From the NCBI RefSeq assembly GCF_001194135.2, contig NC_068982.1, positions 75,997,571 through 76,061,570 on the forward strand: DNA of 64,000 nt. Direction: 5' to 3'. Every line of letters begins with the position of its first letter. Position 1 is the stretch's first letter. The notes beneath the pieces are model-generated. The model was given only the letters and a program-made list of their open reading frames with translations. It had not been told where the DNA came from and did no database searches. Source of the DNA: Octopus bimaculoides. Taxonomy: Eukaryota. Positions 1-11,463 of this stretch are shown one piece after another. The position numbers and the translations under genes are program-made.

Positions 1-270
1 CATAGGCCTCTGAGCAGTTATCGCCAAGCTCTTGGCAAAATTTGATGTAATTCTCTGATCAACTTCCTCTGTCATGGTTAATGTGATGATCACACACTAC
101 ACAGCTTCCTTCCAAGCACTACTGTAAACAGCGGAAGTGAGCTAGAATGTTAAAACTTAGTGTGCATGCACACCAGAATTCAAGGTCAATCTGTGCCAAG
201 TGGTTTCACTTTGTGTGCTTTAGCTTCATTACTATGGCAACAGTCTGGATACTTATTGATCAGACCATGT
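1..270. mobile_element. Mariner/Tc1-type non-autonomous element, right end
   Basis: Ends in ...ggatacttattgatcagaccatgTA, a degenerate mariner-type TIR plus TA. It resembles a common octopus MITE as recalled, and lies in the SHMT intron. Confidence 0.5.
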
Positions 271-499
271 ATGTATATGTGTGCATGTGACTTAAAAAGT
301 TTTACATCCTGCTAGAAATAACTGCAAAATTTCCTGCAAATCACACTACCATTATAAATAAAGGACATGTTAAAGATTGTAGTCTCAGGTATCTCTAGCT
401 GGTTATGGTAGGAATTCCTTTGATCATAGTTCTGCTTGTTTAGAGGTTGACTTTCTGCTGACAATATCATCAACAAAATGTTTTTCCTGTATTTTTCAG

Positions 500-666
500 G
501 TATTCTGCTTTGTAAAGAGATCTATTCCAAGTGTGGCTCAAGTTTTTCAGAGTTCAAAGCCTTTTTAGAGAAAGATGCTGACATTCAGAAGAAAGTGGCC
601 AATGTGCGTGAGCAGGTGAAGCAATTTGCAGAAAAATTTCCAATGCCTGGTTTGGATGACATGTAA
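500..666 (+). CDS. SHMT: Serine hydroxymethyltransferase, terminal coding exon (C-terminus closer to SHMT2-type)
   Basis: Acceptor tttttcAG at 498-499 (phase 1). Translation (G)ILLCKEIYSKCGSSFSEFKAFLEKDADIQKKVANVREQVKQFAEKFPMPGLDDM* matches the SHMT C-terminus (human SHMT2 GVNIGLEVKSK..LQDFKSFLLKD...[23 protein letters not shown]). Stop TAA at 664-666. Confidence 0.92.
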
Positions 667-1004
667 AAAGGTGTACTTGCTTCCTTCTTGTCTTAACATA
701 ATGTGCAGCAAGTACTAATGAAGTTTGGCAGATGGTAATGGTGTCTTCATGTAGCTAATGTTTTACCATTTGCTGTCAGTTTCAATCATGGTTTGGATTA
801 GTATATATACAATGTGTTTGCCTTTGAAATGTTTGTTAACCTATAAAATATGGAATTTCTTTATTGTTGTATCCTGTACAAAGAAGTTCCTGATTATATA
901 TTTTTTTAATCTTTTTGTTTTGATTATATTTGAATTATTATAAATCTGATTATCTGGACCTATATTAACTCCACTCTTTCAAAATACTCATAAGTGAATA
1001 CAAA

Positions 1005-1010
1005 AATAAA
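1005..1010 (+). promoter_or_regulatory. Candidate polyadenylation signal of SHMT
   Basis: AATAAA about 340 nt after the stop codon, downstream of an AU-rich UTR-like stretch. Confidence 0.45.
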
Positions 1011-1139
1011 TCCATAAGTAGGGTGAAGCTGTGTGACCCTAGTGATTAGGGTCCTCTTTTAACACCCACCCTCTTCAAAATACTCATAGGTAAATACATA
1101 AATATCTAATTAAATAGGGTGAAGTATCTAAGAAGGTTA

Positions 1140-1270
1140 TGACATGTGGCCTAGTGGTTAGGATGTTAGGCTCAAGATCACAAGGTTATAGGTTTACTTC
1201 CTGGGTGTGTAGCATGTTGTGTCCTTGAGCAAGATTCTTCATTTCATGCTGTTTCTCTCAGTTGCAATAT
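1140..1270 (+). mobile_element. tRNA-derived SINE, 5' fragment
   Basis: A-box-like gtggcctagtggttagg followed by gtgtccttgagcaag. The same head recurs on the minus strand at ~21240-21345, 43480-43585, 47990-48095 and 60640-60720. Confidence 0.7.
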
Positions 1271-1860
1271 GCACCAGCCAAATCCTGGTGTGGCCCTCTA
1301 TCTCTCTCTCTCTCTGGCTTTTACGTCCTTGATGTTCCACTAGTTCTAGGGTGGGAGGCCCAGGAGTGTGTCAGTGTCTGCTCATAGACTACATTCATAA
1401 GCAACTAAAATGATTGGAGCAACCATGAGACATGCAACCAAGTCATGTTTGCTCACAAATGACAACCATGGGTTTTTTTTTTATGTAGATTAATGCATAG
1501 ATTTATTTGTAATTTGAAGAAATATGTAATTGAAGTTAATGGTAGATAATATCTTAAACTGATTAATTCTGTAGATCAGAATTTGCATGCAATCTTGACA
1601 AGCAGAGAAAACTTAAATATACATTTGAGAAAAGAAAATATTTTACTATTTTAACAAAAAACATTTTATGCCAAACACTCACCTTCTGTGAAATTCAATG
1701 CAAATGGTAATTATTAAAAAGAGAAAAGAACCGGCTGAAAACAAGTAAAAATATATTAAAAATAAATACGGTGGATTATTATTTTTGAAAATCTTTGTTG
1801 ATACTTCTGTTACAATGTTAGTTTATAATTGTAAATGTTGAACACTAACCAAATTTTTAA

Positions 1861-2034
1861 CCTTTTGGTATTCTAACTATGAAGAATTTAGTAAAATATG
1901 TCATTAGTAATCTGGTGCTTGGAACATAAATTAACATGAACTTTTCATGGGAAGTTTTAATTTGGATCATTTTAAAATGTGAATTTTGTACTATAGAATT
2001 AGGGGCAGCCTCAGATTGGATAGTGTCAAAAGGG
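1861..2034. mobile_element. Degenerate piggyBac-type MITE
   Basis: TTAA|ccttttg ... caaaaggg|TTTA termini. Confidence 0.45.
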
Positions 2035-2138
2035 TTTACTGTATTTGATGCTATATATGATGCACTTCAAAAAAAAATTGTTGAAATAAGTCACCCCCGG
2101 TCCTATATGTGAAGCTGGATTTATGTTTCATGCTTTAA

Positions 2139-2351
2139 CCCTTTAGCATTTAAACCAGCCATATCCAGCCCAAATATTCTACCTGTTTTATGTTCAAGCT
2201 GGTCAGATCTAGCCTCTCACACCAACCCTACAGTGTCATTCCAAAATTAGACAATCACATTGAAATCTCAAAGCTATGAAATAATGCTGGATTAATTCAA
2301 AACAATGTGAAAAAATAAGCATAACATTTGACAGAGTAATCTGCTAAAGGG
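2139..2351. mobile_element. piggyBac-type MITE (213 bp)
   Basis: Perfect 10-bp TIR ccctttagca/tgctaaaggg, with TTAA on both sides (2135-2138 and 2352-2355). Confidence 0.85.
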
Positions 2352-2989
2352 TTAATGCACTTGAAAATTTTTCCAGGAAAGTGCACTGCTGAAATTGAGG
2401 TGCATCTGATGTACCTGTGTGTCATTTATGCCATCAAATACGATATGTGCAGTTGATGATGATTAATTACATAACTGCAGTGATTGAAATTCTTATGCAA
2501 TTAGCTGAATTCTCATTGTGGGTGATAAACTGAGATATCAGTCATGTAATTGTTGATGTTCTGTGATTTTTTTTTTGTAGCTGAGTATTGTGAATCTTAG
2601 ATAAAATAAAAATCTGTCCAACATTTTAATTTGTTTTCTCAGAATCTTTCCACTGTTAATGGAGCAAGTCTAATATCTGTTTTCAAGGCAGGGTTATACG
2701 TTATCATCTTCATAATTATCATTATTTTCTTCATTTTCATCATCATCATCTTCATCCTGAATCATCATTCACGAATGAGGAGACCAGTTCATCTATTGTT
2801 ATGGTGTAAGTCTCTAGATCTTCAGCATGGATCACATTCTTCTGTTATCATGACAAGACTGGCCAATACATCTTCCGCTGTAAAACCATCCCTTGTGCCA
2901 GAAGCAATTGATGATTGTGAGAGTCTGATGATTGTTCCACAATTTAATGTAACCTTTATGCTTGTGAGGGTCTTTTAGTCTTGTTTGAG

Positions 2990-3210
2990 GGCAAGATGCT
3001 TCCCTAGTAATGATACAATGATAAAAGTACCCAGTACACTCTGTAAAGTGGTTGGTGTTAAGAAAGGCATCCAGCCATAGAAGTCATGTCAGCAATGAAA
3101 AAATGAGATGCAGTCTTCTGTCTCATTTAGACGAGCAGTGTCCCTTGAATACTTGAATATGTGTTGACCCAGTCTGTGGCAATCTATCCAACCCATTCCA
3201 GTTTGGAAAG
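2990..3210 (+). mobile_element. SINE/LINE 3' fragment carrying an RTE-type tail
   Basis: acactctgtaaagtggttggtgttaagaaaggcatccagccatagaa...ccaacccattccagtttggaaag matches the reverse complement of the RTE 3' end at 3705-3860. Confidence 0.6.
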
Positions 3211-3704
3211 AAATGGCGATGAGGACCGGTCTTTAGGGCAAGGGTACCATCTGGAAGGGCTCTGTAGTACAGTCTAGTTTCATATACCTTGTAGTTGTCA
3301 TTAGAGCTGTTGGTCAGATTTTGAGGATCTTGGGTGTAAACTATCTTTTCACACATTTTATCTACAATAAAGATTGAGAAAATATCTCATGCAAATAAAT
3401 TTTTTGGTTAAATGTGTATGTAATTAAACAGTCAATTTAGTATAGACATGAAGTTAAATAGGTGGGTATTTAGGAAAGTTATACAATTAGCTGAATTTTG
3501 TAATTAATCAGAATTGACCACACCACTTATCCAATTTGCAAAATAATTTTTTTCATAGATAAAAGGCCTCAGATTTTTATGGGGGTGGAGAAATGAGATT
3601 CTGTTTGAAGGTCCTCTCTGACACCTCATCACCACTTCTATCACTCCTCTGCTTCGGAAATGTTGCTGTCCTGCACTGGCCCTTTCATATCCCTCTCCTT
3701 ATTT

Positions 3705-6125
3705 ATCATCATCGTTTAACATCCGCTTTCCTTGCTGGCATGGGTTGGACGATTTGACTGAGGACTGCCAAGCCAGTAGGCTGCAGCAAGCTCCAATCTG
3801 ATCTGGTAAGGTTTCTACAGCTGTATGACCTTCCTAACACCAACCACTCTGAGAATATAGTGGGTGCTGCTTACGTGCCACTGGCATGGGAGCCAGTCAG
3901 GGGGAATCGGCATCGACCACGTTCGGATGGTGCTAATTACGTGCCATTGGTAGGTTGCCAGTCAGTAGGAACTGGCATCGACCACGTTCAGATGGTGCAT
4001 TTTGTTATGTGCCACTGGCACAGGAGCCAGTCAGGGGGCACTGGCATCGACCACTTTTGCATGGTGCTTTTTACGTGCCACCAGCACAGGGAGCCAGTCA
4101 AGAGGCACAAGCATCGACCCACACTCGAATGGTGCTTATTACATACCACCAGCACGGGTGCCAGTCAGGTGGCACTGGCCACAACTACGATTTTGATTTC
4201 ACATGACTCAACAGGTCTTCTCAAGCACATGATATTTCCCGGCGATTCAAGGGTACTTTCAAATGGGCTGGTTATGCAACACTGGCATCGGCTACGGCTG
4301 TGATCTCATTTTACTTGCCGGGTCTTCTCAATCACAACATACCTCCAAAAGTCTTGGTCTCTTCACCACCTCATCCCATGTCTTCCTGAGTTTACTTCTT
4401 CCACAGGTTCCTTCCACTGTAAGGGTGTGATACTTCTTCACACAGCTCTCCTCATCCATACGCAACACATGGCCTTACCAGCGTAGTCGTCTCTCTTGTA
4501 CACTACATCTGATGCTTCTTATGTCCAATTTTTCTCTCAGGGCACTTAAACTCTGTCGTGTATGCACACTGACATTACACATCCAGCGGATCATACTAAC
4601 TTCATTTCTTTCATGTCCTCAACTGTCATGGCCCATGTTTTACTGCCGTGTAGCATGGCAGTTCGCACACATGCGTCATACAGTCTACCTTTCACTGAGC
4701 GAGAGGCCCTTTCTTGCCAGCAGAGGTAGGAGCTTTCTGAACTTTGCCCAGGCTATTCTTATTCTAGCAGCTATGCTCTCAGAGCACCCCACCACTACAG
4801 ACTTGGTCACCTAGGTAGCAGAAGCTATATCAACTACTATCTAAAGCATCACCATTACCATTGTAGCAGTTGACTATGGTGTTGCTACACCAGTCATTGA
4901 GAAATAACTACAAGGGTATCAAATTGTTGGATCAGGTGATGAATGTCACAGAGAGTTAGCCTAGATAAGATACAGTTTGATTTTGTCCTTGGCAAAAGCA
5001 CCACTGATGCTATATTTCTGGTAAGGCAACTGCAGGAGATATACCTAGTCAAAGATAAACCTCTGTATTTGGCTTTTATTGACTGGGAGAAGCTTTTGAC
5101 AGGTTCCCTCGATCCCTCATCTAGTGGTAAGTGGGGAAAATAAGGATAGACGAGTGGTTGGTAAGAGCTGTACAAGCCCTGTGCAGGAATGCTGTCAATA
5201 AAGTGAGGGTTGGCAACGAGTATAGTGAAGAATTCAGGGTTGAAGTAGGGGTTCATTAAGGATGTTCCTAAATCTCTTGACCATGCGGAGGGTTCTTAAG
5301 CTTCCAAATCCTTCTTTTCCAGATTGGTCTGCTTCTTGGCATCCTTCTGGTCTCGAGTTTAAAGTCACTAATAACTAGCCTATGCTGGGAGGTACATTCT
5401 TCAACAGGCAGGGTCTTTGTATTTAAGAGCAATCATGCATCCTGCTGTATGGTGAGAATGAAATCAATCTGGCTAGCAGAGTCACCTGATTGATAGGTTA
5501 TGAGGTGGCCGGCTGGCTTCCTGAAGTTTGTAGATCAAAAGGTTATTTGCATCACAGAACTCAAGGAGCCTAGTTCCCTCTTCGTTTCGGGAACCAATTC
5601 CATGTATACCATGGAAGATACCAGGTTGCCCTCCGACATGCCCATTAAAATCTGCAGCCACAAAGATGAGATCATTGTCACTCGTCTTTGATGTAGCCAG
5701 CAGAAGAATATCATAAAAGTGGTCCTGTTCATTTGGTAGTCCTGCTTGTGGGGTGTAGGTAGAAATAATTGTAGCTATACCATTCTGTAAGACTAGCTTG
5801 AGTTTAAACACTGTGTCGCACACTCTGACTACCTTTATGACCTTATCTACCCATTTCTCTGCAAGAAGTATGCCCACACCCCCTACTCCGTCACTACCTC
5901 CCCAGAAGATTTTATACCTATGTGCATTGCCTGTAAGGACCCTGGCTGAAACTCTTCACCTTACCTCTTGTATGCAGCATACATCAACACGCCTCCGTTC
6001 AAGCATCTCTACAATCTCGCTAGACCTACATTTCAATGTGCCTACATTTACAGTGCCAACTCTGAAAACTGGGGAAGGGATGTGGGAGGAAACAAAGGAA
6101 GGAGAGATGTTATTCAGCACCTGAA
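3705..6125 (-). mobile_element. RTE-clade LINE, internally deleted and rearranged
   Basis: Minus strand shows APE motifs (VGTVNVGTLK, DVCCIQEV, ADFNGHVG, IDFIL, QHRLVISDF) at ~5264-6065 and the RT C-terminus (VVDSFCYLGD, GRLYDACVRTAMLHG, MIRWMC) at ~4340-4838. RT N-terminal motifs lie on the plus strand at 4900-5263. The 3' tail ends in (GAT)n at ~3705. Confidence 0.93.
3862..4190. repeat. Five diverged 65-69-bp tandem units in the RTE 3' UTR
   Basis: Units start at 3862, 3928, 3993, 4062 and 4130. Consensus tggtgc..ttacgtgccactggcacgggagccagtcagggggcactggcatcgaccac. Confidence 0.9.
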
Positions 6126-6639
6126 AAGGTTTCCGTGTCGTTTGATAGACGTGTCACATCGGTTCTTCTCGCTTTTAACCTATCGTCATTCAAACATGTT
6201 AAAATTGTTGCCTCTACTGCGGGATGAGAGTAAGGAAGCATTGTAAATGAAAGTATTTTGGGTGTTGTAAATATAAGCGTTATGAGCATTGTACATATAA
6301 GTGTTACTGATACTGCAGATATAAATATGAGTAAAAAAATGAATATATGCCAATGTTAAATTAAGTAAGTGGGCTGCTAACTGTTTGGATTAATCCAGAG
6401 CGAGAGAAAGGAGAGTAGGGCGAGATTATCGATACCAGTACGAGAGAGGGGATTTCAGGTAAGTGCAATGGGGTGTCCTGTAAGAGAAACGAGATTTCTT
6501 GGAAAGGATGGGCGCAACCACGTACAAGAAAGAATTATTTTAGAGAACAGTACGAACAAGAATTATTTTTAAGAGAAGTGCTAACAAGAAAATTTAGGGT
6601 TTGAGAGAGCTCTTTAGTCTTGCCGAGAGCCAAGACAAC

Positions 6640-6835
6640 ATTTATTGTGCTGGTGCCTCATAAAAATGCACTTCGTACACTCTGTAAATTAGCCAATATT
6701 AAGAAGGGCATCCAGCAATAGAAACCATGTCAAAACTGCGACCTTAGAGCACAGCGTGGCCCTTTGGCTCATCGCTTACTGTGAAACCAATCAGTCCGAA
6801 CCAACATGGAAAATGGAGGTAAAATGGCATTAATA
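6640..6835 (+). mobile_element. SINE fragment with RTE-type tail
   Basis: acactctgtaaa...aagaagggcatccagcaatagaaaccatg...ccaacatggaaaatggagg. Confidence 0.6.
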
Positions 6836-6936
6836 AGTAAAATACTCGGTTTACACGTCTTCGCTGGATATATATATGTATGTATGCATGCATGCATGCA
6901 TGCATGTATGTATGTTGTTTGATGTTTGACTCAGCT

Positions 6937-6984
6937 CCTTGATAGTTTCGTAGGCGCGTTGGACATGTCCATGTCATCAGAAGC
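6937..6984 (-). ncRNA. Relic type I hammerhead ribozyme
   Basis: Minus strand: ctt CTGATGA catggacatgtccaacgcgcctac GAAA cta TC aag. The core is intact, but the base of stem II and stem III are degenerate. Confidence 0.4.
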
Positions 6985-7852
6985 TTGGAGCAGAGCGGAA
7001 AGTTTGAGAGAAATTCAAGAAAGCCTCACGGTGTTTAGGCTTCCGATAGTCAGCTCAGTTCACGAATTCAACCTATGGAAGTAACTTTATATATATATAT
7101 ATATATATCCCAAATAGAGACGAACACCTATGCTCCATGTGATAGGCTAGAATATTGTTGAAGACTTCCTTGACATGAAATCAATGGTAACCTTAAAACA
7201 AAAATCTTTATCCACCAATGCGGTGTTGAGCACTCATTCTCTTTGTTCGATATTTACACACACACACACACACAAACACTCAATGTTGTAGTTACTACTT
7301 ATCTCTTACACCATCCTAACTTCATATATATCGACTTCAGACTTGATACACAGAAGATTAAAGAAAAGATTATAATTTCGTGTATTACTTTTGAAGCAGA
7401 TTTCTGAAATTCACATCCAAAATAATACATTTTATGTGAGCATGAATATCATAACGATGGCAGAGTTGTGTATTTTTGTTGTTATAGTTGTTTATTCTGT
7501 GGTCAAACGTTTTCGTAACCTTTCATATTCGACTCATCATCTCGTTCGGTAATTTCTAAATTTACTTCTTCTAAGGAACTTTGTTAGATCTTTATCAGAT
7601 CTTTTGTTTGTTAAATGTAGTCGGTGAAATAGGAATAGTTCTTTTAATCTTTTCAAGACTTCTTAGACTAATGAATAATAATAATAAAAAAAAAAAAGGA
7701 TGGAGGTTGGGGATAAGTAGGTGAGGGAAGTTAATCCATTCGATAGATTATTGTTATTAGTAAAACTGAGAATGGTAATAGCAATGTTCTACTTGAATAT
7801 TTGTTCTCTGCAAGTTTATTATTTAGTGGGTTATATTTTATTGGTTTCAACA

Positions 7853-8320
7853 TCGGTGCAGGCGAAGCCGGGTGTGTTAGGAGCTTGCTTTGCAACCATG
7901 TGCTTTCTAATTCGCGTTCAGTCCCATTGCGTAGCTCCAGGCCGATCAAAAACCTTGTGAGTGAATTTAGTAGATGAAACCTGAAGGAAGCCCGTCGTAT
8001 ATGTGCGCGCGCGTGTCTCGCCTTGACAGTGTATGATACTTGTAAATGATGGTCACTGTCATACAAGCCGTGTCTGAACAGACATCTGACCAGAGAGAAA
8101 TTTTGACGTCATGTGGTGGTTACAAACGAGCATAATCATCCTACAAGTGATGTTCATTTCCAGTGCTCCGTGAAAAACGCGTCTGGTTATGGGGAAATGT
8201 TACCATGTTTGGAAACAGGTGAGGGCTGGCGACAGGGGGGCCATCCGGACGAGAAAAAAAACTACCCCAACAAAATTCTAAGCCATACATGCTAATGATG
8301 ATGATGATGATGATGACATC
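7853..8320 (+). mobile_element. tRNA-derived SINE, near full length, with RTE-type tail
   Basis: Head ggtgcaggc...gtgttaggagcttgctttgcaaccatgtg...gttcagtccc; body ccttgtgagtgaatttagtagatgaaacctgaaggaagcccgtcg; tail ...catccggacgag...(GAT)n. Confidence 0.75.
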
Positions 8321-9900
8321 AATCACTAGCTGTAAACGATCTCGTCGCTCACGTGAAACAGCTACACGAGTGTGCTTAATTGCATATGTGTACATTGTTT
8401 GTTTCAACATCAACTCTCAGTTTTCATTCTAATTTATAGCTGTTTCTTCTGTTACGGGTGATGCTTGTCTGGTATCATTCTATCTAACATTGGACATCAT
8501 CTCGTTTGTCAAATGCTTAGCATTCATAAACAGATTCTCTTGGTAAGAACCACTTACAAACTGATAGCATGTGTTTTTCCAATTAGATTTTCATCTCAAG
8601 CTACTGCAATCTCCAGCTGTAACTGTTACAGCTCGGTATTGGTTTTGTGTGTGTGTGTGTATACTCACACACACACAACGTTGATTTATGTGTGGTCTAG
8701 TGCTTGTGTTTATTGGTTTTTCATGGGTTGTATACGTTATTTCTGTAGTGGGGTATTTGTATTTCTAGTAATCGTAGGAGGGGGTGTCATTTATTTGTTT
8801 ATGGTTTCTTGGTGGGGGATGTTTTTGTTTATCATTTTATTGCGTGCGTGTATGTGTGTGTGTCTGTGTAAGGAGTTTAAATGAACGTTTTGAATTGGTT
8901 TATTTGAAAGTGAAAGTAATTAAGGGTGTGTTCTGTTAGCTATATTTCTAATGAACGGTGCTTTACACGGTAGAATTATTTTTGGGTGGAGATTGTTTTA
9001 TAAGAATATCTTTTGGTGGTGGGGATTGTTTTGGACAAATAAGTGTGTGTGGCAATTTGTATTTCTTTAGAATTTGAAACTTCCTCAAAGAAACATGTGT
9101 ATGGATAGATGGATACGTGAGTGTGTCTAGTTGGTGTGTTAGTGTCTTGATTTGGGTACTTGGTCAGTGGTAAAGGGACAAAAAATGTGTGGGGTGGTAT
9201 TGGTTATGACTGGTGATATATTTTAATGAATGTATGGACAAAATTAAATGTGTGGGAACCACTGATCATGTATCCAAATCCGGTGCTTTCATAATTTTGC
9301 CAACCTACCACCTGGGATTGGTACTGAAAAAAAAAGAAAAGCCCTAAAAAACAATGATCTTAAAAAATTACCACTAAATATAACAATCAAGCTGATACAC
9401 CAAGAACCTCTAATCCTGCTATTTTACATCAATTCCCTTTTGGCTACATAAAGTACCATTAAGGACAAACTGTATTTCGTGCAAGTTTGGATTATTAATT
9501 ATCTTCTTACTGCATTATTACTCGACTTCAAAGTTTGTTAATCCTAATGTACCAACTGTTGTTTGAAAATTTAAAATTATTTTCTTGGTTTAGAAATTTC
9601 AATTTTAAACTCTTTTAAGATGGTTGTTGTATCTAAATTTTCTTCTGTTGAAACATAATTCCATGGTGGATAGTCTCCTCTTTTAATGAACATGATCTCT
9701 TCTTTAACAATATGTTGTTTTAATCACTTAACAGGTGCATACAATGAGAATGAAAAAGGAGAGTGTGAGTGATAGAGAATGACTGTCTCCACATCTCCTA
9801 GCCTATATATATATATATACGTAACAACAAAAGAATGAGACCTCGATATTAGAAATAGAGGATTATATTTGTTATAATTTAGAACAAACTAAAAGGTTGT

Positions 9901-9968
9901 CATTATAGTAATCGGAGTTTCGAATGTCGGAGCAAAGAGCTGCGATACATTCTCATCGACTAATAATG
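9901..9968 (-). ncRNA. Relic type I hammerhead ribozyme
   Basis: Minus strand: cattattag TCGATGA gaatgt[19 nt]acattc GAAA ctccgat TA ctataatg. Stem I is 8 bp with one bulge; stem II is 6 bp and perfect. Confidence 0.55.
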
Positions 9969-10124
9969 GCAACAGACGCTATGAAAAACCGTTGAATAAA
10001 GGGAAGTTACTTTAATAGGTAGAAAAAGGGCAAAGAAAAAAGATTAAAAATACACGCAACCATATTCTCACAATACATAGACATAAACTTCCTTCGTTCA
10101 CAACGTCTACATAGGTACACACTC

Positions 10125-10206
10125 ACACAAATATGTATACGTACATTCACATACACACACGAACATGTATGTACGTACTCATACATACACACATATCCAC
10201 GCACAC

Positions 10207-10297
<91 letters not shown>

Positions 10298-10395
10298 TGT
10301 GTATATACGTATTTCTATATATTTGTATGTATATATATGTATGTGTATATATGTATGTATATATATGTATATGTAAGTGTATATGTAAGTGTATG
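10125..10395. repeat. Compound (TA)n/(TATG)n microsatellite
   Basis: Pure (TA)n at ~10209-10282 with degenerate flanks. Confidence 0.95.
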
Positions 10396-11229
10396 ATGGA
10401 TACCGATATTTCGCCATTCTTGTGGCTTATCAACATCACCTACGTGAATCGAACCGAGGACGAATAAAGGAACAGAGGCTGCTGAAATAAGTGATAGAGC
10501 ACGAGGAAGACCATATGTATAATTGCAAGAACCCAATTGTAGTGGCAGCGTCCAAATGGCGGGGTAGCGTTTGAGGATTGTAAACAAGATAGGAAAAGTC
10601 TTCAGACAACTTCGGTTTAGCATAGAGATGCCAGCATGGTGTGTGGTGAGGAAGGTACTATACTCCTTATTAGAAGAGAGGCTTTAGCGTAGAGGTGTAA
10701 AAAGATCAGGGGTTAACTTTAGATAGAGTTAGCTATAAAAATGCAAAAATAGTATTGAAAGTGTAAGTTCACTTGGAATGAATAAAATATTAAGTTATTA
10801 CTAGAATCGAATAAGATGAAATATAACGGATTAAGATAAAATAAAATATAATAAAAGTAAAGTAAGTGAACAGATTAAATAAAGTAAGTAGATTAAAATG
10901 ATTTAATTAGTATTTATAAGCTAGGTGAAGAGTGAAAATATAAGTAGTAAAGTGTTGTATAACGAGTTAAGACAGAAGGTAAATATACTAATTTAATTAA
11001 ATAAGCTTATGCCATATCTCAACCATGCTTAAGTGAAAGTGTAAGAGAATTATACAGAGATACTTGACTTACTGTGACAAAATCGAAAGGTTTTAAAGAA
11101 TTTATGAACACAAGAGGAGAGCACTTCATGTTGTTTGTCTAATAATTATGTTGGATTATGTAATAGTATTTGTATAGATTCTTTCAAGCATAGCCAACAC
11201 GGAGTATTTTAACCCTAGCATGGAGGCCC

Positions 11230-11281
11230 CAAATCAATAATGGATCAAATCAATAATGAATCAAATCAATAATGGATCAAT
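11230..11281. repeat. 16-bp minisatellite, about 3 copies
   Basis: caaatcaataatggat, caaatcaataatgaat, caaatcaataatggat, caat. Confidence 0.9.
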
Positions 11282-11463
11282 AGGTATGACCTATTGTTTC
11301 TCAAGGTTGTGCATGTGGTCGGCTAGAGAAGTAGATTTACTATATTTCTTAAATATTCAAATGTACTGAGTATCTTTGATTTGAATTAACGGTTGCACCA
11401 GTATAAATCTTGGTATATATATATATAAATGGAGTTAAACGCAGGTGTTATTCAAATTCTTTT

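Noticed and set aside
3862-4190. CRISPR-like array, and ORFs 3860-4303, 3955-4206 and 4002-4196
   Set aside because: Whole units repeat without unique spacers, there are no cas genes, the context is eukaryotic, and it lies in a LINE 3' UTR. The ORFs are by-products of the repeat.
7501-7545. Hammerhead-like ATGATGA..GAAA acg TT on the minus strand
   Set aside because: C3 is mutated, stem II is 2 bp, there is no valid cleavage base, and stem I is absent.
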